DNA from: Fibrobacterales bacterium
GTDB lineage: Bacteria; Fibrobacterota; Fibrobacteria; Fibrobacterales; JAOPTW01
Direction: 5' to 3'
Length of the DNA stretch: 58,017 nt
Assembly (NCBI GenBank): GCA_051532055.1
Contig: JAOPTX010000058.1
Span: 1-58,017, forward strand
In this document: piece by piece, positions 49,405-58,017 of the stretch
Layout of the letters: each line of letters opens with the position of its first letter
How positions within the stretch are numbered: position 1 is the first letter of the stretch
Notes under the pieces: generated by a model
Databases searched by the model: none
What the model was told of the DNA's origin: nothing
What the model saw: only the letters and a program-made list of their open reading frames with translations
Made by a program: the position numbers and the translations under genes

Positions 49405-49702
49405 TCTACTCCCGTGATATCAAGGATTATTCATAGTATATGCGGTCAGAGTATTGCTTTTTTTCATTTTTTCGGAAGGCAATACGCTTCACTACTGACT
49501 ACATTAGTATATTGAATCTATTCTAAGAATGCACGAAATAAGGTGTTTTTGGTGGGATTTGGTCTATTCTAAAAATAATATTTTTTTGAAGGTTCCATAT
49601 CTTCAATATGATATCTCAATCCATGGCAAATAGGGCAATGTACTCTTTTAAAACCCTCAATTTGAGGTATATTTGCATTACACAACCATAGATGAGGGTC
49701 AT

Positions 49703-51499
49703 TTGGTGTTTGGGAAATATTCAAAAAAAGCATTTTTATATTGTATTCTTGTAAGTCAATTACTTACTGCTGGTGAATTTAAAACGAGACTTCAGGATGT
49801 CATTGAGCGCAGTACGGTACTTGCGGATAATGCAATGGACTTCTGGCTCACCAAAGGCCTTGATACTCAAAATGGTGGATTTCATAGTTTTATTGATGAA
49901 TCGGGGAACCCGCAGCAGGAATCAAAATTTCTGATACAGCAAAGCCGATACCTTTGGACCTGTGCCTATTGGTATAGTCAGAGGGATTCTTCCCAGGCGG
50001 TGAAGACGGTCTGTGATAATCACTTTGATTTTATGAAACGTGCCTTCTATAATAATGGTGATCCTGCTCATACGGTGAACCATAATGGAACTATCGTCGA
50101 GAGTTGGGACAAAGTAAGCTATGCAGAATCATTCTATATCTATGGACTTTCTGAATATGCAATTTCAATGAATAGTGATGAAGCAATTGAGATGGCCTTA
50201 GCCGTCTTTAACAATCTCATTGATCGTTCTTATGATGCGCAAAATAAAGGGTATGACCAGACCCGCGATGGACGGATTTTTACTGCAATGGGCGACAAAG
50301 GAACGAATACCCATTTACATCTTCTTGAAGCCTTTACTCGACTCTATGATTATTCACAAAATAGCGCCGTAAAAGAAAAACTTGATGAACTCCTCAATAT
50401 CTTTAGGGATCACATTATGCAGTCTGATAATTACTGTGGTCAAGGCTTTTGGAATAACTGGGATAAAGTGGCTGAAGATAATAGTATTAGCTATGGGCAT
50501 GATATTGAGACTGCATGGCTCTTGTATGAAGCCGTGAAATCTCTCGGAAGAGGAGGGGAAAAAACTCTTGTAGATCAAATAATGGCTATGGGTAAAAGGT
50601 CAGCCCTTGAAGGCTATGATCCCGATGTAGGTGCTTATAGTTTTGGTGGTTCATATGATGGGAACCGATCAAATAACACCAAAACTTGGTGGGTACAGTT
50701 TGAATCCATTCAGGGGCTTTGGCGATTGTTTGAGCATTATCAAGATACGCTTTTTGTAGATCGTATTGAATCGACGCTTTCGTGGATTGAAGGAGCTCAA
50801 AAAAATGGAGCGACTCAAGAGTGGTATGCCGATGTTGATAATGGGGGGAGTGCAGGAGAAAATCGGTATACGGCTAACGAATGGAAAACGAGCTATCACT
50901 CGGTGCGCGGTGTGATAAACCTACCGCGGTGGATCAATGAGTACCAAATGGGGCAATTATGCACCCTGACTGTGAAGAGTGATCATGGTACCATAACTAT
51001 AACACCACTGCAGGCAGTGTATACAAAAGGAGAGAGTGTAACCCTCAGTGTCGTTTCAGCGGAGGGTTATGACTTTACAGGTTGGTCGGTAGGGACTGAT
51101 GAAACGACTTCAGAAGTAACGGTAGTCATGGATTCAACTATAACTATTGAGGCGCTTTTTACCGAGAGTTCAAGTACTTTGTTAGTCTCTTCACAGGATG
51201 AGCAAGAGTCTTCAATTGATCAGGAAAAGCCAGATACCGTGTCGTCAGAATCAGATGAGTCGAGTGATAATACTGATGACTTTTCAAGTAATGCTCAAGA
51301 GTCTGAATCCTCAAATAGGGATGTGGTATTCTTACATAATGTATCATCAGTATCAGATGCAGGATTTGCTGTTGTGGGTCCCTATGAATCTATTTCAAAG
51401 TACGCTTCTGGGAATTATTCATTCTATACCCTTTCAGGTGAAAGAGTTGTAGTGCCTACTAATGTTCGTAAAGAAGTGATCGTTGTGGTCTTGAATTAA
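49703..51499 (+). CDS. AGE-family (cellobiose 2-epimerase-like) enzyme with signal peptide, InlB-B/Flg_new-like repeat, Ser/acidic linker and T9SS-like tail
   Basis: NTHLHLLEAFT, SYGHDIETAWLL, WWVQFE, WKTSYH; GYDFTGWS; FYTLSGE; start likely TTG 49703 or GTG 49706 after GAGGG. Confidence 0.85.
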   Translation: MVFGKYSKKAFLYCILVSQLLTAGEFKTRLQDVIERSTVLADNAMDFWLTKGLDTQNGGFHSFIDESGNPQQESKFLIQQSRYLWTCAYWYSQRDSSQAVKTVCDNHFDFMKRAFYNNGDPAHTVNHNGTIVESWDKVSYAESFYIYGLSEYAISMNSDEAIEMALAVFNNLIDRSYDAQNKGYDQTRDGRIFTAMGDKGTNTHLHLLEAFTRLYDYSQNSAVKEKLDELLNIFRDHIMQSDNYCGQGFWNNWDKVAEDNSISYGHDIETAWLLYEAVKSLGRGGEKTLVDQIMAMGKRSALEGYDPDVGAYSFGGSYDGNRSNNTKTWWVQFESIQGLWRLFEHYQDTLFVDRIESTLSWIEGAQKNGATQEWYADVDNGGSAGENRYTANEWKTSYHSVRGVINLPRWINEYQMGQLCTLTVKSDHGTITITPLQAVYTKGESVTLSVVSAEGYDFTGWSVGTDETTSEVTVVMDSTITIEALFTESSSTLLVSSQDEQESSIDQEKPDTVSSESDESSDNTDDFSSNAQESESSNRDVVFLHNVSSVSDAGFAVVGPYESISKYASGNYSFYTLSGERVVVPTNVRKEVIVVVLN

Positions 51500-51816
51500 A
51501 TTGCTCCAGCGCTACAATTGATCCTATTGCAAGGTATGATGTCATAAGCAAAATATTCAAAATATTTCTGATGTAGCATGGGTGGAGAATGTCAATATAC
51601 TGAAGAAAGCTCTGTTAATCTTGTACTGCTTACAATCTTTATTATAAGCTTGTATTAAAATAAAGATTGTTTCAATGGAGTGCTCTATTGCGGGCATACC
51701 TCATTTATAAGTGATATACTGCTCTACATGAATAAATTTGGCATATTTCCAATTATTAATAATGATTCTACGAATTATTGGAGAGTCGGTTTAATGGTGA
51801 AAAGGTGAGGGAAAGA

Positions 51817-53874
51817 GTGGACTATCTAAATAATATGAAATTTGGTAAAAAAATTGGGCTTGGGTTTGCCTTGACAACACTCATATTGACTTGTGCTGTA
51901 TTGTTCACTCTCTGGGGAGTGAGACAGACTACTCAGGTGACAGACAGGCTTATTGATTTGAGAGTACCGACCGCTCAGGCAAGTCTTTCGATGCAAAATG
52001 GGATGAATCAATCTTTAGCAGCGCTTCGAGGGTGGATGTTGTTGGGTAAAAGTCAGTTCAAAGATGAGCGGGTAGATGCGTGGAATAAATCAATTGACCC
52101 TGCGTTTAATCAAATGAAAGAATTTTCAAAAAACTGGACTCAACCTGAAAATATTGAACGACTGAATATTATCGAGACTAATCTTGATAAATTTAGGGGT
52201 TTTCAAAAAGAGATTGAAACGATGTCACAAACGGTTGAGAACCAACCGGCACTACATATTCTCTTTACCCAAGCAGCGCCTCAGGGCAAAATACTAGCAG
52301 AAAATATTACAGTCATTATAAATATTGAATTAAAACAGCCGGCGACTCCTGCGAGAAAGGCATTGTTAGGTATGATGGCTGATTTTAGAGGGACCGTAGG
52401 ATTGGGTTTGGCGGCAGTTCGTGGGTACTTAATTTCGGGGGATGAAAAATTTAAAGGTACTTTCGAAACGCTCTGGACTAAAAATAGTCGACGGTACAAG
52501 GATCTGGCATCTAAACGAAAGCTGCTCACTCCGGCTCAAAAAGCAGCGTTTGATTTGCTTGCAGAAGCGCACAAAATTTTTGACCCATTGCCTCAAAAAA
52601 TGTTTGCTATCAGAGGTGGCGCAGACTGGAATCTGGCAAATAGCTGGTTAGCCGAAAAGGCTGCGCCAACGGCATTTATTATTAAGGGCGAATTAAATGC
52701 TATGATAGAGAGTCAGAAGCGTTTAATGATGGATGATATTGCTGAAAGTAAAAGTTTAATCAACACGCTCTATACACAAGAGTGGGCGTTACTGTTTATT
52801 GGGGTGATATTGAGTACCCTAATTGGATTCACCATAACACGATCTGTCACACGGCCGGTTAAAGAGATGGTTCGTGTGGCTGATAATCTTGCGAAAGGAA
52901 AGCTGAATCAATCAATTGATATTACTTCGAAGGATGAAATTGGACTGCTTGCAGAGTCATTGAACGTAATGATTACCAATCTTAAACAATTGATCGGAGA
53001 TGTTTCTCATAATTCAACTTCTACCAGTGAGACATCATTAAAACTATTCAGTACTGTAAAAGAAGTAAATAGTTCAACAGAACTCATGAGTTCTCAGTCA
53101 GTGACTATAGCATCAGCAACTTCACAGGCATCATTGAATATGAATACTATTGCTTCATCAGCTGAAGAGATGAGTATTTCTGTTATGACGGTATCAGCTG
53201 CTGTAGAAGAAATGAGTGCAACAGTAAATGAGATAGCACAAAATTGTCAAAAAGAGTCCGAGGTAGCAAGGAGAGCTGATGCAAAAGCTCAGTCTACCAA
53301 TGAAATGATGTTTAAACTTGAATCGTCATCAACCGAAATAGGTAAGGTTCTTGATGTGATTAAAGACATTGCTGATCAGACTAATCTGTTAGCGCTCAAT
53401 GCAACTATTGAAGCGGCATCTGCCGGTGATGCAGGTAAAGGTTTTGCGGTTGTGGCCTCAGAAGTGAAAGAATTGGCAAAACAGACAACACAAGCCACCG
53501 CCGAGATTGAACGGCAAATCGGTGAAATGCGAGCCAATACGAGTAGTTCGGTGATAGCGATAAAAGAAATTACCGCTGTTATTGAAGAAGTTAACGGTAT
53601 CTCTCAAACAATAGTGAGTGCAGTGGAGGAACAATCGGCAACGATAAATGAAATTGCAGGAAGTGTCAGTGCGGTGAGTAATGCGAGTACAGAAGTGTCA
53701 TTGAATGTTAAGGAATCAGCAACGGGGCTCGGTGAAATTTCTAATAATATTGGGGGATTTCATCAGAGTATTAATGACATTACAAGCAGAATGCAGCATG
53801 TAGAGAAAAGTACTGAGTCTCTTTCAGGGATGGCTAAAGATCTGAGTGGATCGATTGAAACATTTGAAGTGTGA
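51817..53874 (+). CDS. Methyl-accepting chemotaxis protein
   Basis: Two TM helices, HAMP ([11 protein letters not shown]), [37 protein letters not shown]; start uncertain (51778, 51817 or 51835). Confidence 0.95.
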   Translation: MDYLNNMKFGKKIGLGFALTTLILTCAVLFTLWGVRQTTQVTDRLIDLRVPTAQASLSMQNGMNQSLAALRGWMLLGKSQFKDERVDAWNKSIDPAFNQMKEFSKNWTQPENIERLNIIETNLDKFRGFQKEIETMSQTVENQPALHILFTQAAPQGKILAENITVIINIELKQPATPARKALLGMMADFRGTVGLGLAAVRGYLISGDEKFKGTFETLWTKNSRRYKDLASKRKLLTPAQKAAFDLLAEAHKIFDPLPQKMFAIRGGADWNLANSWLAEKAAPTAFIIKGELNAMIESQKRLMMDDIAESKSLINTLYTQEWALLFIGVILSTLIGFTITRSVTRPVKEMVRVADNLAKGKLNQSIDITSKDEIGLLAESLNVMITNLKQLIGDVSHNSTSTSETSLKLFSTVKEVNSSTELMSSQSVTIASATSQASLNMNTIASSAEEMSISVMTVSAAVEEMSATVNEIAQNCQKESEVARRADAKAQSTNEMMFKLESSSTEIGKVLDVIKDIADQTNLLALNATIEAASAGDAGKGFAVVASEVKELAKQTTQATAEIERQIGEMRANTSSSVIAIKEITAVIEEVNGISQTIVSAVEEQSATINEIAGSVSAVSNASTEVSLNVKESATGLGEISNNIGGFHQSINDITSRMQHVEKSTESLSGMAKDLSGSIETFEV

Positions 53875-53876
53875 TA

Positions 53877-55598
53877 CTAAAAGTTTGGATCAATTTGAAA
53901 CGAGACTTCTTCTTGCGTAACAGGATGCTTAAAGGTGATACTATAGGCATGTAAATGCAGTCGGTCACTATGTTTCCCATACAACGTATCTCCCAAAATA
54001 GGAGTATTCAAGCCCGACTTATGTGCTGCATGTACTCTGAGTTGATGAGTACGGCCGGTAATAGGTTCAAATAATACCCGTGTGGTATTGGCACCTTTCT
54101 CAAGTATGGACCATTTCGTGCGAGCGGTTTTACCGCTTTCATAACAGACCACTTGATTGGGTTTGTGAATGATGTCTACCCGAAGGGGCAAATCGATTAT
54201 TCCCGTTGTTTCATCAGTGGTGATATTCTCAGAAATATCACCATCCAAAAGAGCGATGTAACTTTTTGTTATGGTACGGTTAATAAACTGTTTCTGGATA
54301 TGCCGGTAATGTTCAATTGTCTTAACAATGATCATCAGGCCCGAAGTAGCCATATCGAGACGATGAGCCAATAGAGGACCGGTGGCAAGTGGATATCTTT
54401 TATTGAGTATTGACTCAACCGAAACTGAGCCGTCATTGCCTGTTTCAGACATTAAATTATAGGGCTTATTGATAATGGCTATAGCATCATCTTCGTAGAT
54501 GGTATCAATCTCTTGGACATCGGTTTTGATTTTGAGTATGGGGTCAGAGTCAGTTGGGGTCTCTGATAACATGTGCGTCAATATAGGTTTACACCTCCCA
54601 TGACAAGCTGCGTAAAAATACCCGTGTTTGCGCATTTCCCCAATAGGGGAGTGGCCCCACCAAAACTGGCCAAAACAGATGGGGGTATAGTGGTGGTTAA
54701 ATGCATATTGGAGTAACTTTGGGGCAACACAGTCACCCGTGCCAGGCGGTATTTCTTTTTGGGAGAAGACTGACTCAGGGGCAAAAAGCTCTGTTATATT
54801 TTTGGATACGCCTACTGCATTTAAAAATGAGTACGCGGTATGGAGTGCTTTTTGGAGTGCCTCTGTTTTGTGGGCGGCTTCGGCTTTCAATGCTGCAAGG
54901 TGAGTGTGTACTTCAATGAATAGGCTTTGCTGTTTTGCAAGTGCCTGTTCATTGTCGATAGTTATCTTTCTAAATGCATGTTTTGCTCCGAGACTTTCAT
55001 TTTTAAGTGCTTCACAACACTGATCATATTCCTCTGGTGACATGGTGAGCTTAGCGGCATTCCGTGTAATCTTACGCTCTTTTCGTGCTTTTTTCATAGA
55101 TAGTGTTAATGCCGCACTCTGTTTTTTAAACGCTTTACTCATGGTGGTAAAGGTCTCGACCTGCTCTTGATAGAGTAGGTCGTTCACTAACGGAGCAATG
55201 CGCTTATTCAGTTCTGCAATAGCCACGTGCTCTGCATGATACAAACTACCTGGCTTATGTTGATCAATTACTGATGGCACAAAAGAGGGTTGAGAGTATT
55301 GTTCTAGGCTATCGGTTCTTTCTTGCCCTGTATATGCTGAAAGATATCCTAAATGGCCTTCTGTATTTTGTACGACGAGGACACCAAGCATTATACCAAT
55401 AGGAGCACTGGTGTTAGCGGGCTCATACAGCCAGTCTCTGCGTGTATGGAGCTGTTCTTGGAGTTCTTGTGCTGCCAATTCGGCAAGTGGGTGGGGCGTA
55501 TAAAAAAAGGGATAGGTGAATTGGCTTGGGATATCAATGGAGTCGATAGATTTTTTAAAAGGGGTGAATAAATCACCGGTATGCTGTTCTGATTCCAA
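53877..55598 (-). CDS. RluA-family pseudouridine synthase, long N-terminal form
   Basis: FTYPFFYTPHPL, GTGDCVAPKLLQYAF, NKP, HRLDMATSGL, TGRTHQLRVH, LHLHA. Confidence 0.93.
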   Translation of the reverse strand: MESEQHTGDLFTPFKKSIDSIDIPSQFTYPFFYTPHPLAELAAQELQEQLHTRRDWLYEPANTSAPIGIMLGVLVVQNTEGHLGYLSAYTGQERTDSLEQYSQPSFVPSVIDQHKPGSLYHAEHVAIAELNKRIAPLVNDLLYQEQVETFTTMSKAFKKQSAALTLSMKKARKERKITRNAAKLTMSPEEYDQCCEALKNESLGAKHAFRKITIDNEQALAKQQSLFIEVHTHLAALKAEAAHKTEALQKALHTAYSFLNAVGVSKNITELFAPESVFSQKEIPPGTGDCVAPKLLQYAFNHHYTPICFGQFWWGHSPIGEMRKHGYFYAACHGRCKPILTHMLSETPTDSDPILKIKTDVQEIDTIYEDDAIAIINKPYNLMSETGNDGSVSVESILNKRYPLATGPLLAHRLDMATSGLMIIVKTIEHYRHIQKQFINRTITKSYIALLDGDISENITTDETTGIIDLPLRVDIIHKPNQVVCYESGKTARTKWSILEKGANTTRVLFEPITGRTHQLRVHAAHKSGLNTPILGDTLYGKHSDRLHLHAYSITFKHPVTQEEVSFQIDPNF

Positions 55599-55748
55599 TT
55601 TCTTGATTTCCCATTTGAGGTTTTTCAGAGGGGGTAGCCTGTATGGTTGCGATCACTCACCCTTTGTTGGGTAAAATATAGTAATAGTGGGTTAGCAATA
55701 GAATCAAGGCCTTTACTTGTGCGACTATTGGAAATAGACTTTACTATA

Positions 55749-55776
55749 TTGACACTACACAAGTATGGTATAAACT
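55749..55776 (+). promoter_or_regulatory. Sigma70-like promoter TTGACA-N16-TAAACT
   Basis: Lies just upstream of AGGAG and ATG 55785/55788. Confidence 0.45.
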
Positions 55777-55784
55777 TCAGGAGT

Positions 55785-56465
55785 ATGATGAAAAGTAAAA
55801 TGAATGAATCGTTTAATTCAGGTGTACTTGGTGTAATATCACAACTCTTGATCGTTTTGTTTCTCGTTGAGTTTACCTTCGAAACAATGCATGAACTTTA
55901 TGAATACTCAGTATTCTTGCACCATGCAAATACCTTTTTTACCGGTCTCTTCCTCATTGAATATATCCTACGAATATGGTCATCACCAAAACCTATCCGA
56001 TACATTTTTAGTATAATGGGGCTTATTGACTTTTTATCAATATTACCCGGGCTTCTCACAGGAGCTGACTTAAAAGGTCTGAGGATTATCCGCATTATCC
56101 GTATTGGTAAGCTCTTGCGCAACAACAAACTCAAACAGGCAAGTGACCGCCTCTTTCTCGTATTTCAAAGTATAAGAAATGAGTTGGTACTCTTTTCAGT
56201 TTTTGCCCTCGTATTCATCTATATCTCAAGCGTAGGTATCTACTACTTTGAGCATATAGCTCAGCCTGAAGGCTTTGGCTCAATACCAAAATGCTTCTGG
56301 TGGGCTATTGTTACGTTAACAACGGTCGGATATGGAGACTTTTATCCTATTACCATTGGCGGGAAGATCTTCACGGCACTTGTAACGCTTATTGGGATAG
56401 CAATTGTAGCGATCCCTTCAGGATTGATTGCTTCCGGGTTGATTGAAACGAAAGGAAAGGAGTAA
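55785..56465 (+). CDS. Ion transporter (voltage-gated K+ channel family)
   Basis: EYILRIW, S4-like LRIIRIIRIGKLLR, selectivity filter WWAIVTLTTVGYGD. Confidence 0.92.
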   Translation: MMKSKMNESFNSGVLGVISQLLIVLFLVEFTFETMHELYEYSVFLHHANTFFTGLFLIEYILRIWSSPKPIRYIFSIMGLIDFLSILPGLLTGADLKGLRIIRIIRIGKLLRNNKLKQASDRLFLVFQSIRNELVLFSVFALVFIYISSVGIYYFEHIAQPEGFGSIPKCFWWAIVTLTTVGYGDFYPITIGGKIFTALVTLIGIAIVAIPSGLIASGLIETKGKE

Positions 56466-56702
56466 TACTCTTTATATTGTGAATTCACCGAAATGCCCCG
56501 TATTAGAGTACTGTTGAGCCTCGGTTCACCAGTTAAGCACTCCAAAGTTGTAAATTTCAACGTACTCATAGAGCGAAAGCGACTCTATTATCTATTTTGA
56601 TCTCCGTACGTACTATCTAAATATTTCTAGAGTACCCCGCCTTCTTAAAAAACACCCCTACAGAGTTTAATGGTGGAGTACTTCTACAATTGGGAGCTTA
56701 AT

Positions 56703-58017
56703 ATGCATAGATTTTGTGTTTTCCTTTTCGGAATCATTACACCCTTTTTGTTCATTGCTTGTCTTGGAGCGAGTGAAACGGCTAACGCTCCTGAAGAATA
56801 TTCCAATCTCGACGATACTATGGCATTGCTTTCGCTCACTATTGTAAAGGGGGATTTAAGCATGGACTCGATCTACTTGGTTATTATCGATGGTGAAGGT
56901 GAGTTTTTGGTGGTCGAAAATGGGGTAGAGCCCGGTGCTGCAACGATTTTCTTTGAACTCACAATTCCTCAAAGTAGAGATATAACTCTTCAATATGTGT
57001 GTTTTAATAATGGTGCTGTTGTCGCACGAAAAAGTGAGTCAGTTATAGCGCTCGGAGAACTCTCTCTTGAGTCGGTACCCGATGAGATGCCAACGTTGTT
57101 TAGTGCAGGGAATGATACAATTATTGCCTTAAAAGAAAGATATACGGTCCCTATAATATGGGTGGATAACTCATTCCATGTGAGCTATGCCATTCAATTT
57201 GTTGAATCTCAGGAATTTACTAAAGAAACGAGCCATATCTACAAACACATTGGTACGTACCCGGTAGTGGTTCACGCATTTGATGGATATAATAATGTAT
57301 TTGATACCGTTGTTGTTACTGTCGAAAATAACAGAGTACATGTTTCAAGTTTTGCTGTTGCAGATAATCCATCAAGTTCAAGATCTGTACCACTATCGTC
57401 AATGGTGTCGGTGTCATCAACTGAAAATGTGTCGAGTAATGAGAATATATCAACGGGAACAGCATTTTCAGCGTCTTCTGAAGCAGGTGTTCTTAGCTCC
57501 TCAAGTAGTGCTAAGGAGGCTATCAGTTCTGTTGCTGTTGTTCAAAGTAGCGATCTACAAGGTACATCGTCAATGCAGGGGCCTTCAATCTCATCAGCTA
57601 CAGTAATTTCGAGTCAAGAAATACTGTCGAGCCAGGAGAGTCAAACATCCTCATCAGCAACGCCAATACTTTATACGGTAATTTTTGATGGTAATGGAAG
57701 TAATGCTTTAGTTCCTCCAGGTACTGTGGCCCCTGGTTCATTGCTCACTGAACCATCAGCTCCTATACAAAGTGGCTATACCTTTGATGGATGGTATAAC
57801 GGAAATACACTATGGGACTTCTCTCAAGGAGTAACTACTGACCTTACACTCCAAGCAAGATGGACAGTGATAACCTATAGTGTCTCCTTCAACCTTAATG
57901 GTGGAAATGCCTCCATAGCTTCAGCTACGGTCAACGCCGGTTCTACCGTTGCTCGACCAACTGCTCCAACCAGAGATGGATACACCTTTGTTGGGTGGTA
58001 CAATGGTGCATCAGAAT
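56703..58017 (+). CDS. Lipoprotein with PKD-like domain, Ser linker and InlB B-repeats (Flg_new); truncated by the window end
   Basis: Absent from the ORF track because it has no stop; GGGAG RBS; MHRF..LFIAC lipobox; HIYKHIGTYPVVVHAFD; 2x Y.V.F..NG..P.AP..GYTF.GWYNG. Confidence 0.85.
   Translation, partial: MHRFCVFLFGIITPFLFIACLGASETANAPEEYSNLDDTMALLSLTIVKGDLSMDSIYLVIIDGEGEFLVVENGVEPGAATIFFELTIPQSRDITLQYVCFNNGAVVARKSESVIALGELSLESVPDEMPTLFSAGNDTIIALKERYTVPIIWVDNSFHVSYAIQFVESQEFTKETSHIYKHIGTYPVVVHAFDGYNNVFDTVVVTVENNRVHVSSFAVADNPSSSRSVPLSSMVSVSSTENVSSNENISTGTAFSASSEAGVLSSSSSAKEAISSVAVVQSSDLQGTSSMQGPSISSATVISSQEILSSQESQTSSSATPILYTVIFDGNGSNALVPPGTVAPGSLLTEPSAPIQSGYTFDGWYNGNTLWDFSQGVTTDLTLQARWTVITYSVSFNLNGGNASIASATVNAGSTVARPTAPTRDGYTFVGWYNGASE

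Noticed and set aside
57280..57606. 108-aa ORF from the track
   Set aside because: Out-of-frame overlap with the gene starting at 56703

Overview
Chromosomal window of a low-GC bacterium, most likely Fibrobacterota and probably a free-living, motile lineage. This is inferred from two TIGR02147-family genes, Ser-rich linkers in many exported proteins, T9SS-like C-terminal tails, FapA and an MCP. Polysaccharide and surface genes are scattered: GH5, GH16, CE2, a beta-helix protein, an apparently secreted cellobiose-2-epimerase-like enzyme, a 2029-aa GLUG/Ig protein, spondin, PLAT and InlB-repeat lipoproteins, and a trimeric-fibre-like protein. Signalling genes include three histidine kinases, two degenerate HD-GYP proteins and an MCP, plus a few housekeeping genes. 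I found no rRNA, tRNA, CRISPR array or intact mobile element. Best leads: (1) a module present twice, made of a TIGR02147 HTH protein coupled to a lipoprotein with a shared C-x5-AGxxT[ED]xxN motif, a shared upstream DNA motif and a divergent exported gene, which is a candidate trans-envelope sensing system; (2) an intergenic patchwork at 202-286 made of near-exact 44-bp and 31-bp copies of two other loci in the window; (3) a secreted AGE/cellobiose 2-epimerase. Family calls come from motif recognition by eye, not database searches.
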